Of a DNA stretch of 64,000 nt, positions 36,282 to 48,229 are shown piece after piece. Each line of letters opens with the position of its first letter. The first letter of the stretch is position 1. The notes under the pieces were generated by a model that saw nothing but the letters and a program-made list of their open reading frames with translations, was not told where the DNA came from and did not search any database. Source of the DNA: Antedon mediterranea (taxonomy: Eukaryota; Animalia; Echinodermata). The DNA lies in NCBI RefSeq assembly GCF_964355755.1, contig NC_092670.1:38986388-39050387 (forward strand). The letters run 5' to 3'. The position numbers and the translations under genes were made by a program.

Positions 36282-39200
36282 TCATGGATTTTTAAAACGA
36301 TTCACAATTATAATAAATGTAATTAATGATATTAAGTAACATGTTGGGAATACAATTCTGGAGAAAAAATCAATTTTATAAGCTAATGCAATGCGTTTGT
36401 ATGAATATTCTTCCGCCTTCTGTAAAGCCATTTCTTCTTCTCGTTCGCTTTTTGACACGTCATCGGAATAGACATTCTGGAAATGCAGTGGGATGTATTT
36501 GCTGTTAGAAACGTTCTTCACCTGTTTCTGTGGATGGAAACAGTTACGGTGTGGTTAGCATGTTCTCAAAAAGTTCTTTTTTTCGCCCGTGTTTGCGCAG
36601 CCAAAACAAAATTATCGTTTCATTTTCCAATGAAGTGCGCATGATCAGTCATTACCAAACATTTGTATCGCATTTAGGCCTATCCGATAATTATCCGATT
36701 TGAATTAGATAATTATCGGTTTATTTTTTTCCACAGGCAGTTTATCGGTTATTTTTTTGCTGCTGAAAAACGGCATTTGATTACCTTTTGTCATCGGACA
36801 TTGTGGAAATATAGTGGGATGTAATTACTGTGAAATTAAGGTTAAACGGGAAAGAGCGTTATTTAGGAAGTTTTGTTGTGTCCAATCTGCGGAATGTCTC
36901 CTATTTCTCTCTGTTTTGAGAATCGTATGTAAATTAAATGTAATAAAGTATAAATAGTCATCACTAACCGATTTATTTTTTCGTTTTTTTTCGAATTGTT
37001 TTTTCGCTTCTTCTCCATGTTTTTTGGCCGTTGTGTAGATGTGATGCGCGAGCGCGTACTCCAATAACGCAAGGTTGATAAATGTTTGGCATAACCCCAT
37101 CCACCAGTCCATAACCTAATAGAGATTCATTGAAATCATTCTGATTTTTGTACAAAATTTGTACAAAAATCAGAAGAAATACACAATATAAATAAATATG
37201 GGGCGCTAAACATAAAGAAAACAAACATTGATTTCTCGAAACCAACCATGCAATTTGAGTTATAACATTGATGACAGACGGAAAAGTGGAAATTAGGCCT
37301 ACTAGAAACAAACTAGACTTGCCCTAAGTCTGTAGTTATTTCGAAGCTTAATAGCTAAAGTAGTATACGTATGAAACGCCATATGTGCCAAATTATTTAT
37401 CTTTTTACTAATTTACAACGTCAAAACCCCGTCTGGAACCCAGACTAGAAACCAATTCAATTGAATTTGAAATTCTTACAGTCGCATATCCAAGTTTTGG
37501 TGTCAACCGTTGAGCAGATACCATCTGTGTGTAAAACGTTAGCACCGTCGTCATCCCTAGTGAGATGCGGGCTGGAACGGCTCCGATATCGATCCAAAAG
37601 TTGATCCAACTAAGGACCACTAGACCACCAGCAGGGTACATATAACCCCATACGTAGAAGTTCCTCTGTCTCTGAAGTCTGAGGGTGAACCCGATGCAGG
37701 AGATGTTTTCTATGTGACGTGTGCAAAGGAAACCAATTTATAAGACAATTTTTAAGTGTCCTCGGGTTAAAAAAGGAAATTCAACTTCCATTTTGGCACA
37801 TTAGAATTTAATAAATGTATACAATGTATAAGTCATAGTGATAAAGGCCTTCATGTAACCACTATAATACAGATCTATATATATATCTATGATTATGAAC
37901 AATTTATGCTTATTTTGACAATTTCAAAATTTTGGAATTTATTTTAAATTAATTAAATTTATTTTAATTATATCGTAATATCTTTTCATTTTCCATCTTG
38001 TACTGACGAAATAAATGTAATGAGACGACCTCACGTAATTTGACCAATCGCAAGCGATGGATCATCCAAACTGTCGCTTTGATTCGTCAAATTACGTCAT
38101 TGTGTTACGTCATATGGAAAAAATACTTCAGCAAAGTGTACTATACCTGTGTATGAAACCGGTTCGTAGAAAGCGTATTGTTCTTCGACTTGAGGCGTGT
38201 GGTAATGGGCGACCGATGATACAGCAGATAAATCGATAGAGTTGTTATACGACCAATCCAGATGTATCTGATCGTCGATATAACCAACTGTAATATACAA
38301 AATAACATAGGCTTACTAAGCATTTAATGATTATCACAAGTTAGATACAACAAATACGCGCGTACAACCAATATGTGCGTAAAATCAATACGCGCGTACA
38401 AAATATGTACAGGTTTTAACAATATTTGAACGCGCGTGTCGAATAATGTATCAGATCTGGATAACACAACGGATCGGTATATAACACAGTAACTGCTTCA
38501 GTGATATTGTAATGTGATGGCGCTAGTTACCATCCGTTATGCGTGAGTAATCTGTCAATGACGTAATGCAGCAGTAGACAATCGTTGTTGCCTATTCGTG
38601 TATACACTTACAATTCGTCATTTTTAACGGACATCTCTGAACGTCAAATGGGAAGTAAACGTAATCCATCGGACAGAAATGCCTTATCTTCATTCTGAAA
38701 CAATTGAATATACAGTATAAAAAAATAAAAAATTGAACATTTTGATACCCAGAAGGCTATAGAGAGAGGTTAAAAACAGACGAGGCAAAGATGCTTTAAA
38801 TATAATAATTACTATAAAATATGACGATCTCTGCTGGGGAAATGTTGTGGGTGGTGAAAATTGCCTGCCTCATACTGGCTACCGCCCTGAACCCATTTAT
38901 TTCAGCATTCAATAACAGGTTTCCCTAATTTGTCTTTTATGTAATTTTTTACTGATAATTATTTTATGTCAATAAGTGGGAATAGGAAAAAAAGATGGAT
39001 TGTACCTGGTGACGTAAGATACATTGTCTGGTTTACTTATTCTGACCACCTGATTACTTTTAGTGACGTCACTTATATCGGCCTCTGTCGAATCGGTAAA
39101 TATCATATTTGGTATCCACACTTTATTTACGTCACTTCCTATGAGGACTAGAGCTTCACTCTGGCTATGATTCAGTCGCCAATCAGACCATAGAACCTCC

Positions 39201-42200
39201 AGGAGTATTGTCATACTAAAATCCTGAATGTATTTATTTTAGTTTTTAAGCATGCAGTATAGAAGTTTTATATGAACATTATCTTGTTGCGTGTAGGTCT
39301 ACCCCTCTCCTGAAGCGCAAATAGGTAAACGGGAATCAATAAAATACAAGCACGCACTAACCAGTGATCAAAATGAAGTCAAGTCAAGTGCCTCTACGCG
39401 CGCCCGTGTGTATGTGTCTCATTTGTATATGACACGACTGTTCGCGTAATACTTGGTTCCCACTAAAGACGTAACACAAGGACGTAACGCAAAGTGAGTT
39501 GACCAATCACAATCGATGGATTATTTTGAACTGTCGCTTGCCATTGGTCAACATGCGTTTAAGGAGCACGAATACTTTCTTCGTACCATGCAAGTATTTG
39601 ACCAATATTCTGCGACGAACCATGTTAACATCGCCGAATAGACCTATTTTTCCTAGTGTGAATCAAGCTTTACTTACCTGGTTCTGTTCTCGAATTGAAT
39701 CAATTCCAAGGATTGTCATGTGAACGTAAATATTATCCGCCTTACCTAAATATAACGGTACTGCATTTTAATAAATATTTTAATAGAAATGTTAAAACAA
39801 TATTGTGGCCTATTATATTAAAGATAGAAGATCAGCAATTACACCTTAATGCTTGGTTCCCACTAGAGACGCAACACAGCGCTAAGACGTAAACGCAACG
39901 CAAGCGTGTTGACCAATGACAGTTCGAATAATCCATCGCTTGTGATTGGTCAACTCAGTTACGTTGCGTTACGTGCTTCTCCTAATGTTGCGTCTCTAGT
40001 GGGAACGAAGCTTTATGATTAAAACGATTTACATACCTGTATTTAACGGTCTAGAAATGGCAAGATTCGGACGGTTAAGTAATTCTTCCAGCACGCTAAC
40101 ATGTTCGTTATAACCGTTGTTAAAATATGCCAAGAAACTAAAGATAATTTAAAGCTTTTTAATTTGCCGTATTTATAACCACATGTAACAATATAGGCCT
40201 ATCAGGAATGTCATATTGGTATAAAGGTATAAGGTTTATATAACATCCCGTATTTTAAAGACCAATTTATACAGACGAGCGTTAACGGAAACCGCCTGTC
40301 CGCTCCGCGTTGTGACATGTGTACATGGTCAAAAGGAATAACATAGATTCTATATTGTTATTACCGTTATCGCTCGTCTGTGTAAATTGGCCTTAAAGCT
40401 TGGTTCCCACTAGAACGTAACGCAAGGACGTAAACGCAACGCAAGCGTTTTAACCAATGACAAGCGAAGTTATATAGACATTTAGCAATCACAAGCGAAT
40501 AAGCCATCGCTTGTGATTGGTTAATTCACTTGCGTTGCGTTACGTCCTTGTGTTGCGTCGCTAGTGGCAACCACGCTTTACTCTGAACGTGTACGTAGGC
40601 CTATAAAGCTTGGTTCTCACTAGAACGTAACGCAAGGACGTAAACGCAACGCAAGCGTTTTAACCAATGACAAGCGAAGTTATAGACATTTAGCAATCAC
40701 AAGCGAATAAGCCATCGCTTGTGATTGGTCAATTCACTTGCGTTGCGTTACGTCCTTGTGTTGCGTCGCTAGTGGGAACAACGCTTATGGAAACGAACTG
40801 CTAGGATTGCATTACAGTGTATGTGTTTCTTTCCACGCCGCCTTTATCTGACAGCATGTTTCTATTTCATAGCAGCTGAGTGGTTTCGAATCCGGGTCCG
40901 GGTCTACACTATCAAACTGATCTGACAAACAAGTGTGATGTGTCCAAATATGGTAGTGACATTACATCGTCATGTTCATATGGGCACAGCACATTTTTGT
41001 CACAAGTTTGATAGTGTAGAAAGAGCTTTATGATAGTTAACACTCCTCTCCTCCTCTATTCAAGTATCTTTTCCATACAACATAGATAATATAAATTTAT
41101 ACCATACATATACACGATTTTTAGAAAACATGAACTCGTTTTTAACAATGCTGTGAATATCAATAATGTTCGTAAGATATTAATATTCCAAATGACATGC
41201 CGGTGACGATTTGATCGCCTAACAATACGGTACTACACCACAAGTAAATCGATCTATAGATATAAACAGAGAGCACCCAATATTGCATTGTCATGCAGTG
41301 AGATACATTGCATTATTTGCACACATTAAATTAAAAATTGTGAAGGAGAATGCAGTAGTTATAATTATACTATAGAAAACTTTTCTTACGTACGTTGTTC
41401 TTTGCTACTCAGTAAAGCCTATTTTCCACTAGGCGAATTTGTTCGCACGAATCGAAAGCGTCATGCTATCCGCATGCGTATTCGAATTTCTGTCTGTCAT
41501 ACTCCCTTCTTCGACGAATTCTAGTTCCTTTGATTTTTCGCTTCCTTTTTCTACATTCTATACTACTTTTTCATATTCTACCATATTATATACCTATGTT
41601 ATATTTTCGATCTTCTACTACTATATACGATACACTTATATAAACATACACTATTGTACAACTCTGCATCGCGCACATCGTACGCACGCATTTCATTCTA
41701 TTACGCACACGCACTAATATCGAACATAGAGTATTTTAAACTAAAACCATACAACAAGACATCCACCGGTTCAGTTCAAAACCATTTTAAGGTAAATTTT
41801 TAATTAATTATTTTCTATCCACTCTACCATTTTCATATAAAGATACCATGGAACCACGTCAGGTCAAGTTCAATATTGAATATCGAAACGTGGCAGGCTA
41901 TAGGCGCTTGACCTTTGACAAGATCGCCTAAAATTTATAATTTAAATCTACGATACTTAGGCCTAGCCTAGGCTAGTATTGTATATTCAGGAATAGCCGC
42001 TCCATAGTCTCTTTGCTTTTCTTCCTTATATCTTATTCTGATTAACTCAAAATTATTTTTACTAACAAACGTTACTATTTGTATGCCTAGGCCTAGGCCT
42101 AGGCCTAGTGTGTAAACATTATTGACATAATTTCATAAACATCTTCATGTCGTAAAACTACTCGTAACATTTTTTCTCAACTTTCTATCATATAAAGTCG

Positions 42201-43208
42201 TAGTTAGTCATGCCTCGGGTCACATTCTATGGTCTCCGTACAGGTAGGCTACTACATCAGTACTTCTATGAATGGATGACTAGCCGGTGACAAAACGCTA
42301 GTTGGTCATACACAGTACCGTTTTTGATTTTACGATCATTCGGGAAACCACCTCACGACGAAGGAACAGATTAATAGGGACATTTTTTTTTACTTCCTTG
42401 CCTCATGCTATACTGTTTACGTCCGTGTGCCAAGAAGTGGGAACCATGGCCACGTTTTACTTATTCATAGGCCTAGTTCATGAACTATTAGTAGTATAAG
42501 GCCAATACCAATGTTAGATGTTGACTTGTAGCATTGACTTGATGATTTAAGTCCGTTAATAGTATGCACGCCTAGATATGTCATAATCGATGAAGTCATT
42601 AATATGACAAATTGTTACTAATTGGATAGCCAAAGACTATGAATTATAATTTTAGTAGAAAATGGTCATTTAAATCCGGGTCTACTGCATTTTCCCAAAT
42701 AAAGGATAAATATTTTGAGAATCTTTCGTTAAATCGCCACTTGATATTTATACTTATAGTTAAATGATTTTTCTTGTTTGCGCTTTTGACATAAAACATT
42801 GTTAAGAGCGTGTTGGACGTTCGATTACTGATCGTGAGATCGAGGTTCGAATCCAACTCTCCCCGCATTGCTTGTATCCTTAGGCAAGATACTTTACTTA
42901 CATTTGCCTCTCTCCACCCAGGTGTATAAATGGGTACCCAGTTGCGCTGATTACTAGCTGCATTATGGCTTTTGTTTCCATACGTGTTTGATCCAAAAAC
43001 ATGACTGGGGTAATAATGTTCAGCGCTTAAAGGTTTCACAACATTAGGCGTTATATACATCCAGGATATTATTATTATTAAACATGATATACAAAACAAA
43101 ACATAATTGAGAATGTAATTACCTTTCACTAGTACTGGATGTAGAAAAAACGAATCCATTGTAATTGCCAACAATTAATGTCGTAATTAAAATAAATACG
43201 AGCCTCAT
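36282..43208 (-). CDS. Cys-loop ligand-gated ion channel subunit, anion-selective (GABA-A/GlyR/GluCl-related), divergent
   Basis: Exons 43208-43123 (signal peptide MRLVFILITTLIVG...), 40137-40037, 39745-39678, 39223-39006, 38694-38612, 38287-38147, 37709-37480, 37115-36969 and 36521-36282, with compatible phases. The 68-bp and 83-bp exons match GABA-A/GlyR gene structure. Cys loop CPMDYVYFPFDVQRC; M1 YMYPAGGLVVLSWINFWI; M2 VPARISLGMTTVLT; M3 MDWWMGLCQTFINLALLEYA; M4 IDFFSRIVFP. Exon 1 is the least certain. Confidence 0.9.
39850..40012. mobile_element. MITE family A copy
   Basis: tgcttggttcccactagagacgcaac / gttgcgtctctagtgggaacgaagct. Confidence 0.8.
40259..40785. mobile_element. Three adjacent TWA-target MITEs: 40259-40393 (TIR AG(A/G)CCAATTTA(T/C)ACAGACGAGCG), 40397-40577 and 40607-40785 (near-identical family A copies)
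   Basis: The first two share the TAA at 40394-40396. Relatives of the first occur at about 43813 and 51763. Confidence 0.85.
42798..43081 (+). mobile_element. tRNA-derived CORE-type SINE with L2-like tail
   Basis: B box gaggttcgaatcc, then CORE-like ccttaggcaagatactt and ccacccaggtgtataaatgggtacc. The tail is ggcgttatata...(tat)n. Confidence 0.75.
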
Positions 43209-43447
43209 GTTTTTTCTCACTAGACTTGAGTAAATTGCAGTTTTCGAACGCGACGTACTTTTTCTGCTCTATTTCTTGCGTCAACTCCGACGTCTCTTAT
43301 TCACAATTCTTCCCCACAGAGTCAAACCGTCCGCGTATTATTCGCGCCGCCTCAAGTTCTTGGGTGACTGTCAACCTATTGCGTTGTATTGTGTATACTA
43401 TTTGCATTATTAGCTTAAATTAAACGTAACGCTCATTCATGCGTATC

Positions 43448-43461
43448 GCTACCATAGCAAC
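43448..43461 (-). promoter_or_regulatory. RFX X-box-like motif upstream of the Cys-loop channel
   Basis: GTTGCTATGGTAGC on the minus strand, one mismatch from GTTGCYATGGYAAC, about 240 bp upstream of the predicted ATG. Confidence 0.4.
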
Positions 43462-44370
43462 GTGATACTATATTAATGAACATAATAAATACGTACGTAC
43501 GATGTATCAATATACTTTAACGGTTGTTTCTCAATAAATAACTTGCAGCGAGAAATAAAACCTGACTATAGCTTTAAGCGCTATGAATTTGTCAACGTTG
43601 ATATATTTGTCTAAGGGTTCCGCATGATAATGTGTATGAATATTAGGATATTGAAATCAAAACAATAAAATAATTACTTTATTTGGCCTATAGAAACAAG
43701 TTGAAGTCGTTTCTGAGTTGATAGCGCCGCAGTGAGTGCGAAATGTAATTTTTCAGACGCGGCATGAGTGGTGTCGAATTGTGATGAAAAGTTTACTAGG
43801 ACGATACTCTAAAGGCCACTTTACACAGACGAGCGGTAACGGTAATAAAAAATAGAAACTATGTTATTCCTTATGACCATTTAAACACAACGCGGAGATA
43901 CAAATATTAAATTGGAATAACAATTAAAGATACCAATGAATATGAATCGAGACAGCATTTTATCTCAGCTATGGCACTGGTAACGATTTCGGAGTCGTAT
44001 TTGATCGTCTCGCACTATTCGGCCCTGATCAACATAGGCCTATTATGTTTTTTTACTTTTATCATCGAAAAGATGGTACAAATAAAAATGTAATATAATA
44101 ATGTATGTTTCTTTTAGATAATTCTTTTTATCAACTGTTTGGCCGGGTTCTTGTTGTGATTTTGTCCTCATTATGTCTGTTTATCATATTGTTAACCTAC
44201 TTTTTCTTTTCAATGTTTTACTTCAATTTTAATTGTATTTAAAATAATATTGATTGCAATAAATGTTATCGTATCGTACATGCTGTCATTTGAAAACAGT
44301 ATTATTATTGTAATGATCTGTTCAGTGAAAATCAATAAAATTGACATTAACTAGCATAATAAGACATAAT

Positions 44371-44790
44371 ATCACGTGACTTGCTATGTAATTGGTACGG
44401 TACGGGAATATTAACTATAGGCTAGGCCTATATTGTTTATTATTTATTTCGAGGAAAACAATAAAATAGAAGATATCCGGTTCAAAACGTTGAATGTACA
44501 ATTTATATACCCCGTGTGCATCATCTATGAATAAACAATGTTTACAATGATAAAAATAGCACAACGTGTTTACTGTAAAACCGAGGAAGAAAACCCGACA
44601 AAACAGTATTATTAGTAATAAAATAAATATACGGCGACGGTGGCGTTTCATACGTATAGGGGGCGTTTCTTCGGCGCGCGGCGGTAAACAAACTAAAACT
44701 ACGCCTAGGCGGTCCTAAAAGAAGCTCTAGTTTTATGGTAAATAGCTGATTACCGAGTGTTTTTTTTTACTTCGTACTTCTAGGTTAGGT
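44371..44790 (+). promoter_or_regulatory. Putative LDAH promoter and non-coding first exon
   Basis: ATCACGTGAC E-box at 44371-44380 and a CpG-rich patch at 44630-44715. Candidate donors at about 44783-44790; acceptor tttcAG ending at 45449. Confidence 0.45.
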
Positions 44791-45474
44791 AGCCATGTTA
44801 CTAGAGGATACTTTATTTAATATAAGTTAGTAAGGACTAGCCTAGCCTAGAATACTAACTAAAATACAATAAAGTCTAGGCCTAGGTTAGAGACAAGCTT
44901 GCGAGCGTCACTGACCGACGAACTAGTCATATTGCCGCCCGAGGGCCTAGACTCTAGGGGAATCATTTAGGGCCTAGCCTACAAGAACCTAGTAGTTCAG
45001 ACTAGAAGAATCATCATACTGATCTATCTAGGCAGCTAGTATTAGTAGGCTATGCCTTTTGTCTAGGTGGGTTATAATGGCAATCCAATAATATAAATAT
45101 AGCATTTCATTATTTATTTGGTCTATTTGAGTATATACATAAAAAAAAAACTGTAATTGGGGAGATCATCATGTGATCATCTGGTGTATAATTGATATGT
45201 ATGTTTATTTCAACAGATTATAATTATTAAATTAATTCACTATACACAGTATTGTACTCAATAACATTTTATATCAACTTTTTACCAACAGTCACCATTC
45301 ATTAAACACTTGTAACTGGCTTCAACCTAACTTCCAAGCGTCCTTCCAGGAAATCGCACATCCAGACATAAGGATGGTAATTGAATAACTACTTTGAAGC
45401 AGCTTTGCATCCGGAAGCAAATTAACATTGTATGTCTTTATTATTTCAGATTGTAGGCCTAAGGCTAGGCCTAA

Positions 45475-47685
45475 ATGATGTCTGTGAATTTACCCAAGAT
45501 TTGTTTTATGCGAGTGCTCAATATCCTCACTCATGTTGTCAAGTATGAGCCTGCTGTGGAGTCATCACATGATGCAATCATTCTTATCATTCCTGGTACG
45601 TTCTGCTGCAGTAGTACTCATTTTCTGAAGTAAACCCTGGACATTTCTCATGCAGTAAATTTACACAGTGAGCTCATTGTTAATTAATATAACTAATATA
45701 TGGACATGATGATGTCGTATCGCACTGTCAGCTTTAACATTGCAATAAATTCTGTTCTGCAGAAATAAAACTTTGCTGATACCACTGAGAGCAAGAACAT
45801 TACATTTTCTGAAATAATTAAATTAATAATTATTATTTAATTATGATGTATTAGGAAATCCAGGAGTAATGACCTTCTATGAGGTGTTTATGGAAGAGCT
45901 GTTTTTAAAAGGAGAAAAGAAAATACCAGTCTGGGGAATTTCCCATGCTGGTCATCACAAAAGGTCCACTATCATTGGTCAACCAACAAATGAAGAAATA
46001 AAAGGTAAAGCCTTGTCTCACTATCAATGTTTTTGTGACAAAAAAAGGTGATGTGCCCATATATGGACATAACTGGACACCAAGGTTTTTATAAGTCTAA
46101 TCATGTTTCTTTTACTTTTTTCCTAAGATGTTGAAAACAGTCCTGATATTCACAGTCTGAAAGGACAAATTAAACATAAAATAGCATTTATTAAAAACCA
46201 CATTCCAGCAAATAAGAAACTAATTCTTATTGGCCATTCTATAGGTGAGTACTAACATTATTCTGCGTGACAATATTCTTTTCTTTCTCTATTAAATATA
46301 GAACTTGCTTTCCCAGAGTGAAACATCACAATGTGAGAGGCTTAAAGATCTGTCTACACTATCAAACTTTATGTGACAACAAAATGTGATGTGTCCACAT
46401 GATGATGTCATGTCACTACTAAATTAGGGCATATCACTACCATATTTGGGCACATTACTATTTTTTTGTTAAACTAGTTTGATAGTGTAGACAGATCTTT
46501 ATATATCTGTTGATGGTGTGTTGGCAGGGGTTTATTTGCACTACAACCTTTGACAGTTAAATATTCAAAGTAACTTTGATTTAAACCCTGTGTTTGTCAA
46601 GCATATCCATTTCCACCAAGCTAATTTTATGACATTATCTATTTCTTAGGATGCTATATTATTCTAAAGATGATGGATGAATTGCCTAGGAGGAAAGTTA
46701 TCAAATCCTATCTGTTATTTCCAACAATTGAACGCATGCTTGTGTCTCCAAATGGTGTGATACTCGGGCCAATACTTATGTACCTACGATGGTTAGCTAT
46801 TCTTCCAGTTTACTTTCTGTCTCTTCTGCCCCAGGATCTTCAGAGCAGACTCATTGGATGGCATTTTAGAAGCAACAAAGTAAGTTATGATTTTTGTTTA
46901 CACTGTACAAATAAGTAAAACTTTTATGTATTCACTCAAAAATAGAAAATAAAATTTTATATTGGGTGGATGTGCCATCTGTCTACACTATCAAACGTTA
47001 TGTGACAACAGATGTGATGTTCCCATATATGGACATGATGATGTCATATCACTACCATATTTGGGAATATCACTATCATATATAGGTACATCACACTTTT
47101 TTTCAACCTAGTTTGATAGTACACAGAGCTTACGGAACCTTATAAATCCTTAAATCTTATTGTAGATATGTAAAAGTTTCATTTATTCATTTTGTGCAGA
47201 AATAGAATATAAAATAAATAAAAAATTGTCTGAGGTCTCTGGATGTGTCATTCGAGGAGCCTTGAATCTCTTTTACTTTGCAAAAATGTAAAGGTTTCCT
47301 TTATTCATTCTGTGCACAAATAGAATAAAAAATAAAATAAATTAAATCTGTTTATCAGGTCCCTGGATGTGCCATTCGAGGAGCCTTGAATCTCTTTGAT
47401 CCAACTGTTGCTGCAAATGCTTCTTACATGGCATCGCAAGAAATGCATGAAGTAAAAAACTGCGACCACAAACTTGTGCAGAGGCATCTGTCAAAACTCT
47501 GTTTATATTATGGAACATCGGACAGATGGTGTCCTGTGCAGTACTACTCGGAAATTAAGGAACATTTTCCCGACGGAGATATACGACTCTGTAAAGAAGG
47601 GATGGAACATGCATTCTGTTTAACTTCTAGTACTAAAATGGCGTCAGTTATGTGGCCGTGGATAAAAGATGACATTAACAAATGA
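45475..47685 (+). CDS. LDAH: Lipid droplet-associated hydrolase (alpha/beta hydrolase, C2orf43)
   Basis: Exons 45475-45595, 45855-46004, 46128-46244, 46650-46880 and 47359-47685. Motifs IIPGNPG..FY..F, ISHAGH, L..QI.HK..F, nucleophile GHSIG, LLFPTIERM..SPNG, YYGTSDRWCP and HAFC. Confidence 0.93.
46346..46498. mobile_element. MITE family C copy
   Basis: agatctgtctacactatcaaact / agtttgatagtgtagacagatct. The same variant base appears in both TIRs. Confidence 0.85.
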
Positions 47686-47744
47686 AATATTTGGTTTATT
47701 ATATTTTAAAAACTAAGTTCACTATATTGATAGTTTATTATAAT

Positions 47745-48154
47745 CAAAGAACTTATAACACAAGAATCTCCTGTTCGTCCGAAGCGCGTAACAATTTCGA
47801 AAGGCATTGTGGGATAGAATAGAGCTATGGGTGGCGCCATTGTGAGCCATGGAGTAGGGCACCCGCATCAAATTAAAAAGTCAAAATCATAGAGGGGATC
47901 TGCTAATGCTCTAGGGGGGATAGAGTAATTGACTGAGGAGTAGGGCGCCCGCATCAAATTAGAAAGTCAAAATCATAGAGGGGATCTGCTAATACTCTAG
48001 GGGGGGTTAGAGTATTGACTTCCTAGTTTGGAGGGGGCGCTGCTCCATGCTGTGAAATGGCGTCGCCCAGTTTGACCTTTTAACCCTGTACTTCCGATAC
48101 TGTGTTTTGAATGCAAATTGAAGAACAAGAGATTCTTGTGTTATAAGTTCTTTG
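47745..48154. mobile_element. P-superfamily-like MITE
   Basis: TIRs of about 32 bp: caaagaacttataacacaagaatctcctgttc / gaacaagagattcttgtgttataagttctttg. 7-bp TSD ttataat at 47738-47744 and 48155-48161. Internal direct repeat of about 80 bp. Confidence 0.75.
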
Positions 48155-48229
48155 TTATAATATATTACATTTTTTACCTTCAGAAAGAAATCTAAAAGGT
48201 GATTATTATACCATAACATTAATATGCAC

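Noticed and set aside
41102-41218. Hydrophobic minus-strand stretch (VIWNINILRTLLIFTALLKTSSC) as the channel's signal-peptide exon
   Set aside because: No in-frame ATG and only weak donors. The exon at 43208-43123 has an ATG, a signal peptide and the correct phase.
42644-43174. 176-aa minus-strand ORF
   Set aside because: Mostly antisense SINE sequence in intron 1 of the channel gene. It overlaps exon 1 in a different frame and starts at TTG.
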